Of a DNA stretch of 25,341 nt, positions 24,562-25,341 are shown piece after piece; position 1 is the first letter of the stretch; every line of letters starts with the position of its first letter. Location of the stretch: NCBI GenBank assembly GCA_964362765.1, contig CAYIFT010000001.1:1-25341 (forward strand), in the 5' to 3' direction. The position numbers were made by a program, and so were the translations under genes. The notes under the pieces are model-generated. The model had not been told where the DNA came from. It did not search any database and saw only the letters and a list, made by a program, of their open reading frames with translations. Source of the DNA: Candidatus Woesearchaeota archaeon. Lineage in GTDB: Archaea; Nanobdellota; Nanobdellia; SCGC-AAA011-G17; UBA489.

Positions 24562-24978
24562 CTATTTCATTTTCTTTGTTATATCAATATCCTGATTGCA
24601 CTTCTGACATTGAAATCTGATAACATCTGCTGTCTTTTTACTCCCTGATTCTTCATCCAGTATCCGAACCTTTTTTCTTTTAAAAGGAACTTGAATTTCT
24701 CCTTCATTTGAGCAATAAGGACAAGTATATTTAACATTACATGTTAATGTATCTTCATATTCCTCTACTGGTGCAGAATATTTACATTTAGGACACTCGT
24801 AAATATCCGCTCTGATCCTTATTTTTCCTGTCTTAGGATTTTTTGGCTTGCCCATCAGACATTCTTTACACTTAGGACAAGTTTCTTTGAATACCCATGC
24901 TCTTGCTTTTCCCCTACCAATAATTCGATTAGTAAAATAAACACATTCATCCATTGATTTAGGTTCTTGTAATGTCAT
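24562..24978 (-). CDS. Putative double zinc-ribbon protein (four CxxC motifs)
   Basis: C34PKC37, C62PKC65, C86PYC89 and C124QKC127; Lys-rich; ATGA-coupled to cutA. Confidence 0.75.
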   Translation of the reverse strand: MTLQEPKSMDECVYFTNRIIGRGKARAWVFKETCPKCKECLMGKPKNPKTGKIRIRADIYECPKCKYSAPVEEYEDTLTCNVKYTCPYCSNEGEIQVPFKRKKVRILDEESGSKKTADVIRFQCQKCNQDIDITKKMK

Positions 24979-25280
24979 TTTACTTCTTTATTAAGCCACG
25001 ATAGATATTCTTTATTAACCTTATTAATATTTATTTTTAATATACATGGAACTTCATAGCCATGAATTTTTTTGATTTCATTTTTTATTTTATTAAACTT
25101 TCCATTCTTTGTTTTTATTATTAATGCGTATTCTTTATCTTTTACTATTTTATTTTTCCATCTATACACTGAGCTAATTGGAAACATATTATTACAAGCT
25201 GCTAGTTTATTTTTAATTAAATGATTAGATATTCTAACTGCTTCTTTCTTATTTTTACAGGTTGTGTAAATCCAGATCAT
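24975..25280 (-). CDS. cutA: Divalent-cation tolerance protein CutA
   Basis: YTTC, KLAACNN, SVYRWK, IHGYEVPCI, YLSWL. Confidence 0.95.
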   Translation of the reverse strand: MIWIYTTCKNKKEAVRISNHLIKNKLAACNNMFPISSVYRWKNKIVKDKEYALIIKTKNGKFNKIKNEIKKIHGYEVPCILKININKVNKEYLSWLNKEVK

Positions 25281-25302
25281 ATGGCTTGATATATCATTAA
25301 TA

Positions 25303-25310
25303 TTTATAAA
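25303..25310 (-). promoter_or_regulatory. Putative TATA box (TTTATAAA) for cutA, leaderless spacing
   Basis: Centred about 26 nt upstream of the ATG at 25280. Confidence 0.55.
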
Positions 25311-25341
25311 GATTAATATAAGAGATTAATTTATAGTCCCG

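Noticed and set aside
25296-25330. Three ATTAAT copies upstream of cutA
   Set aside because: Irregular spacing (16 and 13 nt) in near-pure AT sequence at the window edge; not a CRISPR array or iteron set.
1-25341. Alternative genetic code, programmed frameshifts, inteins, CRISPR arrays or transposases
   Set aside because: All conserved genes are full length under code 11 and end at TAA/TGA/TAG in the expected places. I saw no split genes, intein motifs, repeat-spacer arrays or IS features.

Overview
AT-rich archaeal chromosomal window, most consistent with a DPANN (Woesearchaeota-like) genome. That assignment is an inference from the fused PriS-PriL primase, very tight gene packing and protein style. 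About 15 kb (8468-23617, minus strand) is an intact archaeal S10-spc ribosomal superoperon: rpl3 to secY, then DUF106/EMC3-like, rpl34e, rpl14e and pfdA, with no adk or cmk. The left 8.4 kb holds a 5'-truncated PIN toxin, hjc, a thymidine-kinase homolog with altered Walker motifs, three membrane-anchored surface proteins (tandem lamin-tail; Ig-like; alpha-toroid plus Cys-rich repeats), an unknown ORF, a small atypical protein kinase and the fused primase. The right end holds an HMf-type histone divergent from rpl3, an orphan with an acidic tract right behind it, a 4xCxxC zinc protein and cutA. I found no tRNA, rRNA, CRISPR array or mobile element. Several ORF-track starts were moved to a downstream ATG. 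The best leads are the degenerate TK, the surface-protein/kinase cluster, the histone-linked acidic orphan, the rpl3/histone divergent control region and the expanded EMC3-like protein. All are hypotheses that need database and structure checks.
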